This document shows, one piece after another, positions 18,210 to 30,529 of a stretch of DNA of 34,143 nucleotides; the first letter of the stretch is position 1; each line of letters opens with the position of its first letter. A model generated the notes under the pieces. It did no database searches. It was not told where the DNA came from and worked only from the letters and a program-made list of their open reading frames with translations. The translations under genes and the position numbers were made by a program. The stretch lies in contig NIVC01004089.1 of assembly GCA_002269645.1 (NCBI GenBank), positions 1 through 34,143 on the forward strand, written 5' to 3'. The stretch is from Macrostomum lignano (Eukaryota).

Positions 18210-21200
18210 CGTCGTTAATCGCAAGACGTTAAGTTCGTTCGAAGTGTGTTTATGCTTGTTTTTCACGCTTTAAAATATCACGCGCTTTCAAAAATACTAT
18301 ATCTTTTTACAAAAATCGCCTATTATTGAGAACAATCCTCAATTATACTAGATATTTGCTATATTGACAAAATAATATTTAACTACCTTTTCTGAATCGC
18401 ATTTTAGAAGAATCGTTTTGCATTAAGGTCATATTTATACAACATCGATTTTCTATTTTTCCCTGCTTAGATTCTTGCTGCTTCCGTCGTTAGTCGTTAA
18501 TCGGCTAAAAAACCGTAAAAAAATTCTTGACGCCCTTTCAAATACCTTACTTAATACAAAATACACTAGAAAGTACCTCATTTCTATTAGAAATAACAAT
18601 GCTCAAAAGATCAAAAAAATTCCTTACAATATCAAATCAAAACTCCTTGAATTTAATATTATCCAAAAAATTGATAAAGAAAAATTTACTATTAGCAGCT
18701 GGAATCTCAATGGACTTTACACAATAAAAGACTCTGTGATGATTCCCAAACTTGAACTACTGGAAACTGAATCAATTTTTAAGAATAATATTCTCTGCCT
18801 TCAAGAAACTTGGATAATAGACACAAAAAATGAAAACAAGCGACTCAAAATCAACAACCTGTCTGAAAACTACATGACATACCAAAAGCCTGCAAACAAA
18901 AAAGGCTGTAAATTCATTGGCAGAGCTTCTGGTGGATTATTAACAGCTTACAAAAAGTCACTAGATACACAATACAATGTTACAGAATCTTTCAAACATT
19001 ATAAAAACTTCTTGACACTAAATTTTAAACACAAAAAGGATAAAAACAAAAGCTTTACCTTAATAAACGCCCATATACCCCCACTGTCTTCAAAATATTA
19101 TGAAGAAGAAAATTGGGAACAGTTAACAATTCTCCTGGATGCTTATCACTCCGAAGAAAACATCTTCCTTATTGGAGACTTCATGCTCATATATACAATA
19201 CCTCGTACATAGATTTAAATTCAATATATACCACCAGAGCAAAAAACATCTCACTTACTAGACAAAGCCAAGACAAGAAAACCTGCAAAAATGGTAGACT
19301 ACTTAACCAGATTGCTGACTCATACAACCTGCATCTAATCAATGGTAGATCACTATCAGACACAAATGGTGAATTCACCTTTCTCTCAAAATCTGGTTCC
19401 TCTGTTATAGATCTCTGTTTCGTCTCTACCAGCTTACTCCAACACCTCGAAGACTTTAAAGTAAAGAACCACACCTACTTTAGCGACCACAACCAAATAG
19501 TGCTCTCCCTATCAAGTGAATTCACAGAGGAAATCACAGAAACTAAACAAGCAACCAATAACTCGAAAACGAGATACAGAGTCCTAAAAAAGTCACATAA
19601 ACCCAACCTGCAACAAGAAAAACATATCAATAACTTCGCAAATGACCTGAAAAACATGCATGACAAAATCACAAATCTAGACATACAAAACCCAGCTTTT
19701 ATAAATGAATTAAGTAGAAAAGTTAGACAAATTCAAAACAACATCACAGTAGAGATAAAGAACCCACTATGCTCAACACTGCCTCGTTTCCTTAAAGATT
19801 TAAGAAACGCTGCTAGACATGCCTGCAGAAGATATAAAACCTTCCCTACTCCCAACAACCTCTCAAGCAAAGTACAACTCAAAAAAGCATACGAAAAAAA
19901 GCTCACTTCATGGAAATTTGAAACAACTCTCTGTGCAGACAACATGATCAACCAGGCCTTTATTCAAAACGATACAAAACAACTTTGGAACTTATTAAAA
20001 ACACCAAATCCCTCAAACAACAGAGTAACAATTGATGAAAAATTTATCATACACTTTCAAAATCTTGTAACTGAACAAGACAGCAGCATTAGACTTTCAT
20101 ACAATCTTCACCTTGACAACCCTATTCTGGCTGATTTAGAGGATTTCAATGCCCCATTCACCAAAGAAGAAGTTATAAAACATTTTAAAAAGCTCAAAAC
20201 CGACAAAGCACCTGGGCACGATAAAGTATATGTAGAAACACTCAAATACCTCGAGAACGAACTTGCTGACCTCCTATGCTCACTTTTCAACGAAGCACTC
20301 AAACAAGGAACCTTCCCAACTAGTTGGATAACAAATACACTTCATCCGATTTATAAAAACAAAGGCAGCAGTGCCGACCCCAACAATTACAGAGGAATCT
20401 GCATTCAACCAATTCTTGGCAAGCTCTTTTGCCAAATTATTAAATCCAGACTCGAAAACCTAGCATACGCAAACAATCTTATATCAAAATACCAATACGG
20501 TTTCAAGCCCAATCACAGCACAATCGACCAATGTTTTAATCTTTACAACATTATAAACCAATCCATCTACAACAAAGAAGAACTCTTTATTGGATTTGTT
20601 GACTATGAAAAAGCCTTCGATAGCTTAAATCAACCGACCCTTTGGCACAAAACGGATAACCAGGGTATTAAAGGTCAAATGACGGAACTTATCAAGAACA
20701 TGCATAAAAATGCCTGCTTCATTCTAAAAAATGAAGATGATGATGATGAAACCCAGCCAATCCCAATATCAAAAGGTGTTCTTCAAGGCAACCCTCTCTC
20801 TACCATCCTTTTTGAACTATATATTGACGACATTGTTGAATATCTTGAACTCTCTAGCGCTAGGCGCTCTCTTACGAGATCTGCTTTCCCACTCATCCTA
20901 CTCTTTGCAGACGACGATCAAGCCATTCTAGCTAAAAACAAAGACGAACTTCAAGACACATTTACGACTATGGAAAATTACTGCAAACAAAATTACTTGA
21001 AAGTAAACGCAAGCAAAACAAAGTTCATGCAGGGCAATACCAGACAAAAAAACGACGCAGAAAGCATTGCTACAAAAATATACTACGACAACCAAGAAAT
21101 AGAGGAAGTAAATGAATTTAAATACCTGGGAATTATTTTTGAACCAAAAAACAGCTTTAAAAAATGTATTGAACACCAAACTAGCAGGGATATACAGCCA

Positions 21201-22174
21201 TGTTTTCCCTACTCCATAGGGTAAAGAATACGTCCCTAGACATCACACTCATTCGCAGACTATTTGACGCGCTTGTTACCCCCGTTATCACTTACAGTTG
21301 TGAGCTCTGGGGCCCTCTGGCTACCATGTCTGATACAAAAGCTATTGATAATATTCAGCTGAAGTTCTACAAATATCTCCTCAATCTACCAAAATTTGCT
21401 AGCAACAGTGTGATATCATCAGAACTTGAGCTTACTCCAATCTCTCAACGAATCGCTAAAACCTACCTCATCTACTGGCTGAAGATTAGACACAAAAAAC
21501 TCTGCCAAACGACTCTAGAAATTTTCTACTCAAACACCAGCCAAAAAAATCCATGGAAAACAAATGTACTAAAGAAACTGGAAAGTATAGACTTTAAAGC
21601 ACTAACTGAAGATAAACTTTCCCAAAGCTTTAATAACGAGAAATACCTAGTGAAAAAGCACCTCAAGATACACAGAGAAAGAGAACTTAGCCAAAAGCTA
21701 GAGAATCAGCAACATATTAAACTCTACAAAAACGCCTATCTCTACAAAAAAATCTGCAGGCCCGACCTTTCAGATTACTTTCCATGCACTTTTAGAAACA
21801 AAAAATTCTTAACAACCCTCCTAAAACTGAAATGCGAAATTACACCCAACATTTTCTCTCATGAAGCATGTAGACTGTGTGGAGCGAGAAATGGTTCCGA
21901 TATCCTACACTACTTGACCGAATGTCCACAAACTGAAAAGATCAGAAAAAAAACTTCTGTCAGTACCTCTTAAATGACAAGCAAGTACACAAGTTAGGAT
22001 ATGCTACAAATGAAAAGAGTCAGAAAAGAGCTCACTGGTGTAGCTAAAATATATGAAGTCATGAATAGCTAAAACAGTTATGCAAACTGAAACAGACATA
22101 TCAGCAGTGTAATAAATCCGCTTTTCTTTTCTTTTGTTTATTCATTTACTGTCTTTTTAATTTCCTATTTAATT
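18210..22174 (+). mobile_element. Non-LTR retrotransposon (LINE) with APE endonuclease, RT and C-terminal CCHC; clade not resolved
   Basis: SSWNLNGL, LCLQETW, GRASGGL, IGDF[N]AH, TFLSKSGSSVIDL, SDH (APE); KAPGHD, NYRGI, QYGF, DYEKAFDS, GVLQGNPLS..LF, LFADD (RT); CRLCGARNGSDILHYLTEC. Confidence 0.92.
18475..21973 (+). pseudogene. LINE APE-RT ORF split by two frameshifts
   Basis: Three overlapping ORFs (18475-19212, 19113-21224, 21200-21973). A 1-nt loss at ~19183 breaks GDFNAH; the second shift is at ~21190-21200. Confidence 0.85.
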
Positions 22175-22394
22175 AGCATTTAATTAATATTTAATTAGTT
22201 TCCTATCTAATACCTGTTTAAATCGTCGCTATTCGTTTAACGTAAATTTCTTTCGAAGTTCGTTTTTGTTCATTTTTCGTTCGTTTTTCACGCTTTGAAA
22301 TATTGCGCGCTTGCAAAATACTATATCTTTTTACAAAAAACGCTCTTTCAAATACCTTAATAATTTTACAAATATCGTAACTCGCATCGTAACT

Positions 22395-22663
22395 CGTGTA
22401 AAAATTTAACCTTTTGAACAAATTTAACCTTTTGAACTTAATCGTAATTAAACAACTAATGCTAAAATAACTTAAATACACAGAAATATACTGGCCAAAC
22501 AGGCTTCTTGCCTGAGCCAACTTACTACTACTACTTACTACTACTATCGTGTAGTACTCGTTTTCAGCGACCGTGTAAAATTTAACCTTTTGAATAAATA
22601 AATCGGATCATACTGGCATAACAGGCTCCTTAAGCCTGAGCCAAATTTACTACTACTACTACT
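22395..22663 (+). repeat. Two tandem retroposon-like 3' ends (AGGC..GCCT hairpin plus (TAC)n tail)
   Basis: TACTGGC.AA.CAGGCT.CTT..GCCTGAGCCAA followed by (TAC)n at ~22489-22546 and ~22611-22663, each preceded by CGTGTAAAA(A)TTTAACCTTTTGAA. Confidence 0.6.
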
Positions 22664-23714
22664 AAAACCCACGGCACAGAGCCTTTTTCTTTCAACCCCC
22701 CCCCCCGACCCCAATTGAGCTAATTGCATGCAGTGGTTGCTCAGTGGTTTTGTGGTAGAATTTAAAATTTATAAATCAAATTATAGATCCTAATTCGCGG
22801 GAAATTAATCCACCTAAATCCTAGAAAAGCACGCGCGCAAAAACGGTCAGCACCAACGCCTCTTTTAATTTTCTGTTTCATGGAATGCTACACAACGTCA
22901 CAAGGAAGAAAACAGACCACTTTATTTAAGATTAAGACAAGACACGAGCAGACACAAACATGGATTATCTGAATGAAATTAGCAGAAATATATCTGGCCT
23001 AAACTGAATTAAATTGTTGAAAAATTCGAATGCAGAATATTTTTATAAGGCTACTTTTTCACTTTCAGTCAGTCCGCATCATGGTCTTAGACTCTTAAAC
23101 TATATCGAGAAAGCTCAGTAACACCCTCTGGCCTCTTTCAATTTCAGTGTTCATGTTCACACAAGGCCTCCTAGGCCTAAACTATACATGATTTAAATTT
23201 AAATAAGTACCAGCAAAACACCAAAATGACTTAATAATAATATTAATATTTAAGTGTAAAAATTAGGGCCTACATAGGGCCTAAAATTCTACCAAATTGT
23301 TCTAAGACTAGAGCTAAGTAAATTACTTCATTTGACTAGGCTTATGTCCATTATGCCTGGATGCCTATGCAGCTATGCTTAGGCCTAGGCTAGACTAGTT
23401 CACTAGGCCATCTTTTTAATTTATATCCTAATATTAAATTATGTTTGGCTAAAATGGACTTATATTTTTATCCAACTAGATTACTAGAATAGAAATAGAA
23501 GCTAAGCTATTATCGTAGGGCTTAACTTCTGTCTTTATAAATAATTTCAAAATGCCACCAAAGTTGAAACAGGCCTTTTAGCTCTCTCTAGAAATCTAGT
23601 AAGTCACCAAAGTTGTGTTAGGGATTTGCTTCTATTTCTATAAATTGTCCTAAATGCTTTTAGAGTTATTAAAGTGATGATTGTTCTTACTATGAATATT
23701 CTAAGGCCTATTGT

Positions 23715-23974
23715 CAGTGGCAGATCCAGAGTTTCATTTTGGGGGAGGGGCAGTCCAAGTTTGAGGCGCCAACATAAGTGTAAGGGATGCCTAGGTAGGG
23801 AGTGCTAAAAATGTGCATAAAGGGCAAAAAATCAAGCTTAAAAGTGCTATAAAGGTGTTTGCAGGCAAAAAATCACATTATGGGGCACAAATTTAGGTTT
23901 TTTTGGGGGCACAATGTTTGGTTTGGTTAAGCTATTTTGGGGGGCAGCTGCCCCCCCACCCTAAATCCACCCCT
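23715..23974. mobile_element. Possible degenerate MITE
   Basis: Left end CAGTGGCAGATCCAG..GGGGGAGGGGCA; right-end reverse complement AGGGGTGGATTTAGG..GGGGGCAG; only loosely inverted. Confidence 0.35.
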
Positions 23975-24067
23975 ATCTACTGTTGTCACTAAGTTGTACT
24001 ATGGCTAAATTTATTATACTAATCTTGCGTGTTCTCAATGTTAGTAGCTGCTACCAAGATTATTCTA

Positions 24068-25367
24068 CAAGGGTTGTTTGGAAAGTCCACAATCAAAAGT
24101 GTCTAACAATTTAAGGGATTGAACAAATATAACACTACTCTTCCTGCTTCTCAATGTAGGCACCTTTGAGGCTTATGCATTTGTGCTACCTCTCAGGCAA
24201 CTTCTCAATGCTAGAAGCATAGAAATCGGCAGGTGACCCCCTGACCTACTGGCTGATGGCCGATGCTATAGAGAGCTGTACTGGCAACCTCGGAAGGTTT
24301 TTTCATCTCTCTGAATAGCCAGAAGTCACTGGGTGCGAGGTCCAGCAAGTAGGGTGGGTGTGGCAGCACTTCAAAGCCCAGGTCCGAAATGGCAGCCATT
24401 GTTGCCTAGCTGGTGTGCGGCCTGGCATTGTCGTACTGAAGCAGGATACCATGGCTCAGTTTGCCACGCCGCTGGGCCTTGATGGCTTCACGCAACTTCT
24501 GCAGGACTTAGATGTAGTACTCACTGTTTATTGTGGCACCACAAGGAAGCCATTCAATGAGCAGAAAACCCTCCTTGTCCTAGAAGATGGTGGCCATTTG
24601 CTTTCCAGCTAAAGGTGCAGTCAGGGCCTTGACAGGTGTGGGCTCATGGCTGGCCTTCTATACACTGCTCTGCATCTTGGACTCTGGCTCACTATAATGA
24701 AACAAGGATTCATCCCCAGTCACAATCTGGTCCAAAAAGTTGGGATCACTGCGATATGACTGGAGGAGCTGCCAACACACCTGGACCCGCTCTCGCTGCT
24801 GCTGGTCAGTCAGAAGTTTCGGGACCCAATGAGCAACAATGCATGACATACTGAGCTTAACCATCAAGATTGAATGAATGGCCATTGATGAGATGCCAGT
24901 AATGGTTGACAACTCTCGCACTGTAGCTCGGCAGTCAACATCTAGAGCACGATGCACAAGCTCAATGTTTGACCTGTTGACCGTGGTGGCAGGCTAGCCA
25001 TTCTGTGGAAGGTCATTGACTATCTCCCAGCCATCTTCAAAATGCTGCACCTTCTTGTTGACCATTGTTTTTGATGGTGCACATTTGCCATACATTGCTT
25101 GCAACTTGCAAAGAATTTCTGCCTGTTGCTTTCCTTGTTTCCACAAAAACCAAATGATACTTTGCTTTGCTTTTTCGTTATTCAGCATAGTGATGGAATT
25201 CGTGTGTGACTAAAAACACTGCAAGAAGGAAATTCCTGGCTTAAACAAGACCACTTGATTTAAAACATTCAGGGTATGATATTTGTCTATGGTATAAAGT
25301 TTCAAGACAAAGTAGTGACTCAAAAAATATATGCATGTTTGATTCTGGACTTTCCGAACAACCCTTG
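24068..25367 (-). mobile_element. Decayed mariner DNA transposon (1300 bp)
   Basis: 30-bp TIRs (28/30) at 24068-24097 and 25338-25367; TA TSDs; minus-strand fragments with an HTH N-terminus, WVPKLL, IVTGDES and HPPY(LL)DLAPSDFWLF; stops and frameshifts. Confidence 0.92.
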
Positions 25368-26102
25368 TATTAATAAATTATGAGTTTATTAATCTTAGAA
25401 TGAGTCTATTAAATAATATTATTTTTTAGAATATATCTGAGTATTTGTCTAAGTATAATTCTTGGAATACCATTTAGCTTTTACAAGTATTGTTTTTCTG
25501 TTATTCTGGTAGCATTTTATTAGTAATTTGGCCTGGGTGGTATATTGCCATTGGCTTACTGGTATATATATTGCATATATTTTCCAAATCCTAGACGTAA
25601 CTGAAATCAGAGGGTCATAGCCTCCAGTTATTCTTATATATATTGATTTAGGATCTACTTTGTATTCTTTTACTACTTCTACTTTTTAGTAGTATATAGT
25701 GTATATACTTCGTTTACTTTCCTCTTACTTTTACAAATGAATAACTCAGAAAACGGCTTCACTTATATTTGCTTAGAACACACCTTTCTTAGTATGCTCA
25801 CTGATTACTTCTTTCTTAGGAACTGCACTAGAGCAAATTGCTCTCTCCTTGGCTTAGATTGCATCTATTTATACTAAATTTTTTAGTAGTTTTAAACAAA
25901 AATTAATTTGCAAAAATATCTTGAAAAATATATATATTATAACAAATTGTGTTTCTTAGTTTTTTGCATGTTTGGCAAAATTGTATAATATAAACTTGAA
26001 GGCAAGGCATCTGTTACACTATTATAACATTTCCCAGTTAATTTGGTCCTAGAAGCACTCAATTAAATCTGAAATAGTAAATTCCAATTCATTCTGCCAT
26101 CA

Positions 26103-26232
26103 CTAAAGATATGTCTATGGCCGAATATGCTGTTTCATTCCACTCAATTTAATCCTGGGGGCACTTATTTTGTGTATTTATTTTAAATTAAGTAAAACAA
26201 AATAGTCTATTTGGCCATAGACATATCTCTAG
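26103..26232. mobile_element. Short MITE-like inverted-repeat element, interrupted at its right end by a hAT MITE
   Basis: CTAAAGATATGTCTATGGCCGAATA (26103-26127) versus the reverse complement of 26208-26232 (23/25). Confidence 0.55.
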
Positions 26233-26529
26233 CATACATGCGCAATAGTCGGCCGAGTCGGCCAATCCGGCTGACCGATTTGGCAGCCAACCAAGGAAGT
26301 CGCAAAAATGCCCACCCAAAAAAATAACCAAGTAGTAGTACTAAGTAGCTGACGAGGCATTTTGGCTTAATAAGACCGTCATAGTTATTCTTGCCGTTTA
26401 CCCAAAGTTGCATTAATTTTGCTTTAGGGTTTTTTACATGTAAGTCGCATTTTTGGCCAAAAACTACGTCACATTTTTGTTAAAACTAAGTCGCATGGCC
26501 AACCGAATTTCAGAGGTTGCACATGTATG
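26233..26529. mobile_element. hAT-type MITE (297 bp)
   Basis: TIRs CATACATGCGCAA / TTGCACATGTATG (12/13); perfect 8-bp TSD ATCTCTAG (26225-26232 and 26530-26537). Confidence 0.85.
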
Positions 26530-27234
26530 ATCTCTAGTGTTAGCAAATTGAATTGGAGTTCTCTATTGCAGATTAAATTGACTGCTTCTAGGACCAAATT
26601 GACCAAGAAATGCTATAATATTATTATCAGTTAGATAATGGAATTAATGGATAACATATTAATAATTTAAACTAGCAAAGATTGTAGTTATTGCTTTTTA
26701 TAAGCCAAATATGGTAGTTTTTAATTATTTTTTTGCTTTATCTCAATTCCTTTCTATTTGTACAATAACAAATCTAGGATACTAGGCCCTAATATTGGCT
26801 GGGATCCTAATCATCTTATCCCACCTGGCTTCTATCACAATGTATAATATTATCCTAATTGTTACTAATTTATACTATTTTTTGTTTGTTAGTGATTTGC
26901 ATAGCAGCTAGGTTTTTTGTGTCATAGGCATGCCATGAAATGTCAAAACTAAAAATGACATAATGATTTTGATGCTATTACGAGCCTCATATGCTACAAT
27001 GGCTTAAATGATTTTTGCCATTATGCCATTGCCAAATTGCTAATGCTGAATCCCCAATTTAAATTTCAGTTTTGCTTTTAAATTTGTTCAAATATTATCC
27101 TAAAAAGAAACAGTAATATGAACTTACAAAGTGCTATTTTATATTTAATGCCAATGGCATATCAAAATTGAAAATGACATAACAATTTTGATGAAAAAAG
27201 CAGCATTAATTTGTTTTGTATATCATCCTTGCAG

Positions 27235-27520
27235 CTTTTTTCAGCACTTTTGCAGCTAGCTTATCTTGAGTCATCAACTTTCTCTTTAGTAACTTGGCAT
27301 CATCATATAGAGCTCTGGCCTCTTGCTCTTTTAACAATTTTCTTCTAGTACTCAAGTAGCATAGCTAAAGTAGCTTGCTTCTTAGCTTCAATTTTTCATG
27401 CTCTGTAGCCAACTTTTTAGCAACTTCTAATTCTATCTTCTTTTTGTTTACTTCAATCTTAGCAGCAAGCTGCTCTTCTATCTGTTTTATGCATCTTTCT
27501 TGGCCTTATTAGCATTTTTT
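27235..27520 (-). pseudogene. Degraded coiled-coil-like coding remnant, origin unknown (possibly a TE)
   Basis: Minus strand reads ..IEEQLAAKIEVNKKKIELEVAKKLATEHEK..KLLKEQEARALYDDAKLLKRKLMTQDKLAAK.. with interruptions. Confidence 0.3.
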
Positions 27521-29721
27521 TGCTATTGAAGGAATTCTATAAATGCTAGCAAGCCTTCCTAGCTGACTGAATGTAGACATTTGTCAATGGAAAGTTTTTG
27601 CAGGTTATAGACTCTTTTCACTAGCTAGCCCAGATTAGTGTACATAGTATCAAACAAAAAGGTAGGCATCAATCAACAATTTACTAAGCTTGTTGAATTT
27701 TTTGTTAAGAAGTTCAATAGCTTACTAAAGACTTGCTTAATTGTAGCTTTGCCTAGCTGAATGGTCAGAGTACCCAAAGCTAGTTGGGTTAGTATGTCAT
27801 ATTTTTTTGATTACCAAGCTCTAGTGCTAACATGCAAAGCCTCTATATTGATGTTCCTTATTACCCAACTTCCAATAATCAAGGAGCAATCACTTCTAGC
27901 TCTGTAGCTAGGCAACCCAGTAAGTCAACTGAAGGTATTCAATTACCTTTAATCAGATTCGTAGCTCTCATCCTTGAGTAGTTCTCAACTATAGATCTCT
28001 CAGTAGATCTTGTAGACTTCTAGACGTCTTCAGGTATAGATCAGGTCCGAGTTTCCTTCTTCTCTTCTGTAGAAGTTAGTTCTGGCCAGAATCTGTCATT
28101 CGGACCAATAGGAAGCTTCCAAATTAACAATGGGTACCCTGAGCCAAACTGCCATTTAATATAAGCCTACTCCTTCTAGCAGTGCCTCTATGCACTCTAG
28201 GTATAGCTCCAGAAACCACTGATAGTCTTCTAAGATATATCAGGGGCAGTCCTTCTGGAGACTGCAACCAGTGGAGTCTAACTAGACTCAAGAGTCTCAA
28301 CAGACTCAAACAAACTCAAGTCACACTAGACTTAAGCAAGATGTCTCACACAATGGGCACAAATGAGTAAGGCTTACCACAAGAACTCAACCAAGGCTCG
28401 GTTGACTTGATTCCAGGAAGTCCAACTATGGCTTCCTCTTTGGAGCTTCTCTCTCTTGGAGAAGTTGTTGGCTCTGGGTCCATTCCGGACCACTTGTATT
28501 TATAGGCAATCAGACCCTCATGGGGTTATTAATTGTGCACTGGGTACAATTTCTGAAAATGTCAAAGGTTCAGCTTCTGGCCGCTGTCAAGCATGACAGG
28601 GCAGAAAGTTGTGCAACTATTCTAGTGTAAGCACAAATGATTGGTTACCATATCTGGTGTTTTTCTGTAGCGTTTGATTGGTTTGCTTGGTGCAGACTGG
28701 GTGCAAGCCAGATGATGAATTGCAGATAGGGTTAGACTTGACAATTGTGGGTCACGAGTGATTGGTTGGTTACTAAAATAACATGACCAACTTTTTTGCA
28801 GTTTCGATTGGTTAACATAAGTGTAGTCATGGTTCAATACTTATTTTTGTACGTGCTCTTTGCTATATTACTGAATAAAATTTATAAGTAGTATGTTAAC
28901 AATTTGTATGACTTTTCTTGGGAGATATAGCACTCTACAATATGTCCTCACATTCCAAGTCTTATAAAACTTTTCCTAGGGTTTCATTTTGTATAGCTAG
29001 AATCCTAGAGCATAATCATAAGGTACTTAATTACTAATTAACTTATTAATTTGTCTTACTGACTTATACTAAAATCGAATTAAATTATTATTAAATTTTC
29101 ATTTTATCTTATCTATATTTCTAGCATTATTGAAACCTATAAAAAGTTGTATAGACATAATAATTATTTTAATTAATTTTTAAGTTATGTTTTAGACTAT
29201 GATATATTATTATATCTTATAAATATACCAAAAGTGACTATGTGACTTATACAAAGATCATAGAGAAATCAAGTATGCTCATTGAAGCTATTTTATATTG
29301 TCATTGTTGGAGAACTCTGGTTAAGTTTATTATACAGAAAAAATATTCTGATAGGGTATAGCTAGTTTCTTTGTAATCCATAATTCTTTTGTTTAATCTT
29401 TTGTGTTCTTTTGATGAAGATTGAAGTAATTCCCTAAATATCTAAAATCAAATCTCTTTTTTAAATCTTTTCAAAATAATAGATACTATCAATACTTTTC
29501 TCAAAAATGGCATCTTGGAGATTTTGTGCAATTTTTTTACTTTGCTATCTCATAAAAATTGATTCAAAATACATTAAAAACTTTGTTAGAATACTCTTAA
29601 AATAAAAAAAACAAACAAAAAGGTTAAAACAAAATATTGTTATAAAAACCTTATAAAAGTTCTATATTTTCTCCCAATATTCGCATGTCCCAAACAAATC
29701 CCAGACTATCTAGTCATCAGC

Positions 29722-30403
29722 ATGTCTGCTTACATTGACGCTAGTCAGACTGCCTCAATCACTGACAATGAAGAAGTTGATCACGTCGACCTGCAGGACG
29801 ATGCGCAGGTGACCACCGCTGATGGCTCAACCATAGACAACTCATCTGGCAGTCAGCCAACAATCAGCAAATCCGAAGCTCTGATCTCAATTGCTGTACT
29901 GTGCTGCATTAATTTGCTCAACTATATGGACAGATTCACCGTAGCAGCAGTACTCGATCGAATCGAAAAAGATTACAAAATAGACAATAGTGAAGCTGGA
30001 TTATTGCAGACTTCATTTATTGTATCCTACATGCTGCTTAGTCCGTTATTTGGCTACTTGGGCGATCGCGGCAGTCCTGGCAGTCTGTGGAGCCGCAAGA
30101 CCATCATGATTGGCGGTGTGCTCGCCTGGTCTGCGGTCACTTTGGCCAGTTCGTTCGTGCCTAAGAACCAGTTCGGCCTGTTCCTGCTAACCCGTTGCCT
30201 AGTTGGCATTGGCGAAGCCTCTTATATTACGGTGTCAACACCTATTGTGGCCGATTTGTTTGTGGGCGACGCTCGCACCGTGGCATTGATTGTGTTCAAT
30301 CTGCAGGTACCCCTGGGCAGCGGTCTGGGCTACGTGGTTGGCGGCCAGGTGGCTCAGGCAGCCGATAGCTGGAGATCAGCGCTACGGGTCACGCCAGGTC
30401 TTG
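29722..30403 (+). CDS. spns: Spinster-family MFS transporter, coding exon 1
   Basis: LLNYMDRFTVAAVL, LQTSFIVSYMLLSPLFGYLGDR, R.LVGIGEASY, GSGLGY, ALRVTPGL motifs; G|GTGAGT donor at 30404. Confidence 0.9.
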
Positions 30404-30529
30404 GTGAGTTTCAAGTTTTAGGATTGTTGTTTTGCTGTTCAAGAGGATTGAGGTTGTTAAAGGGCTTATTATCCTGCTGCTGGATCTCTGTAATAGTATC
30501 TGGATCCTCAGATAGATTATCTCGGTATA

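Noticed and set aside
26928-27195. Repeated AAAATGACATAA motif (also at ~32786)
   Set aside because: Short AT-rich matches; no boundaries, TIRs or TSD could be defined.
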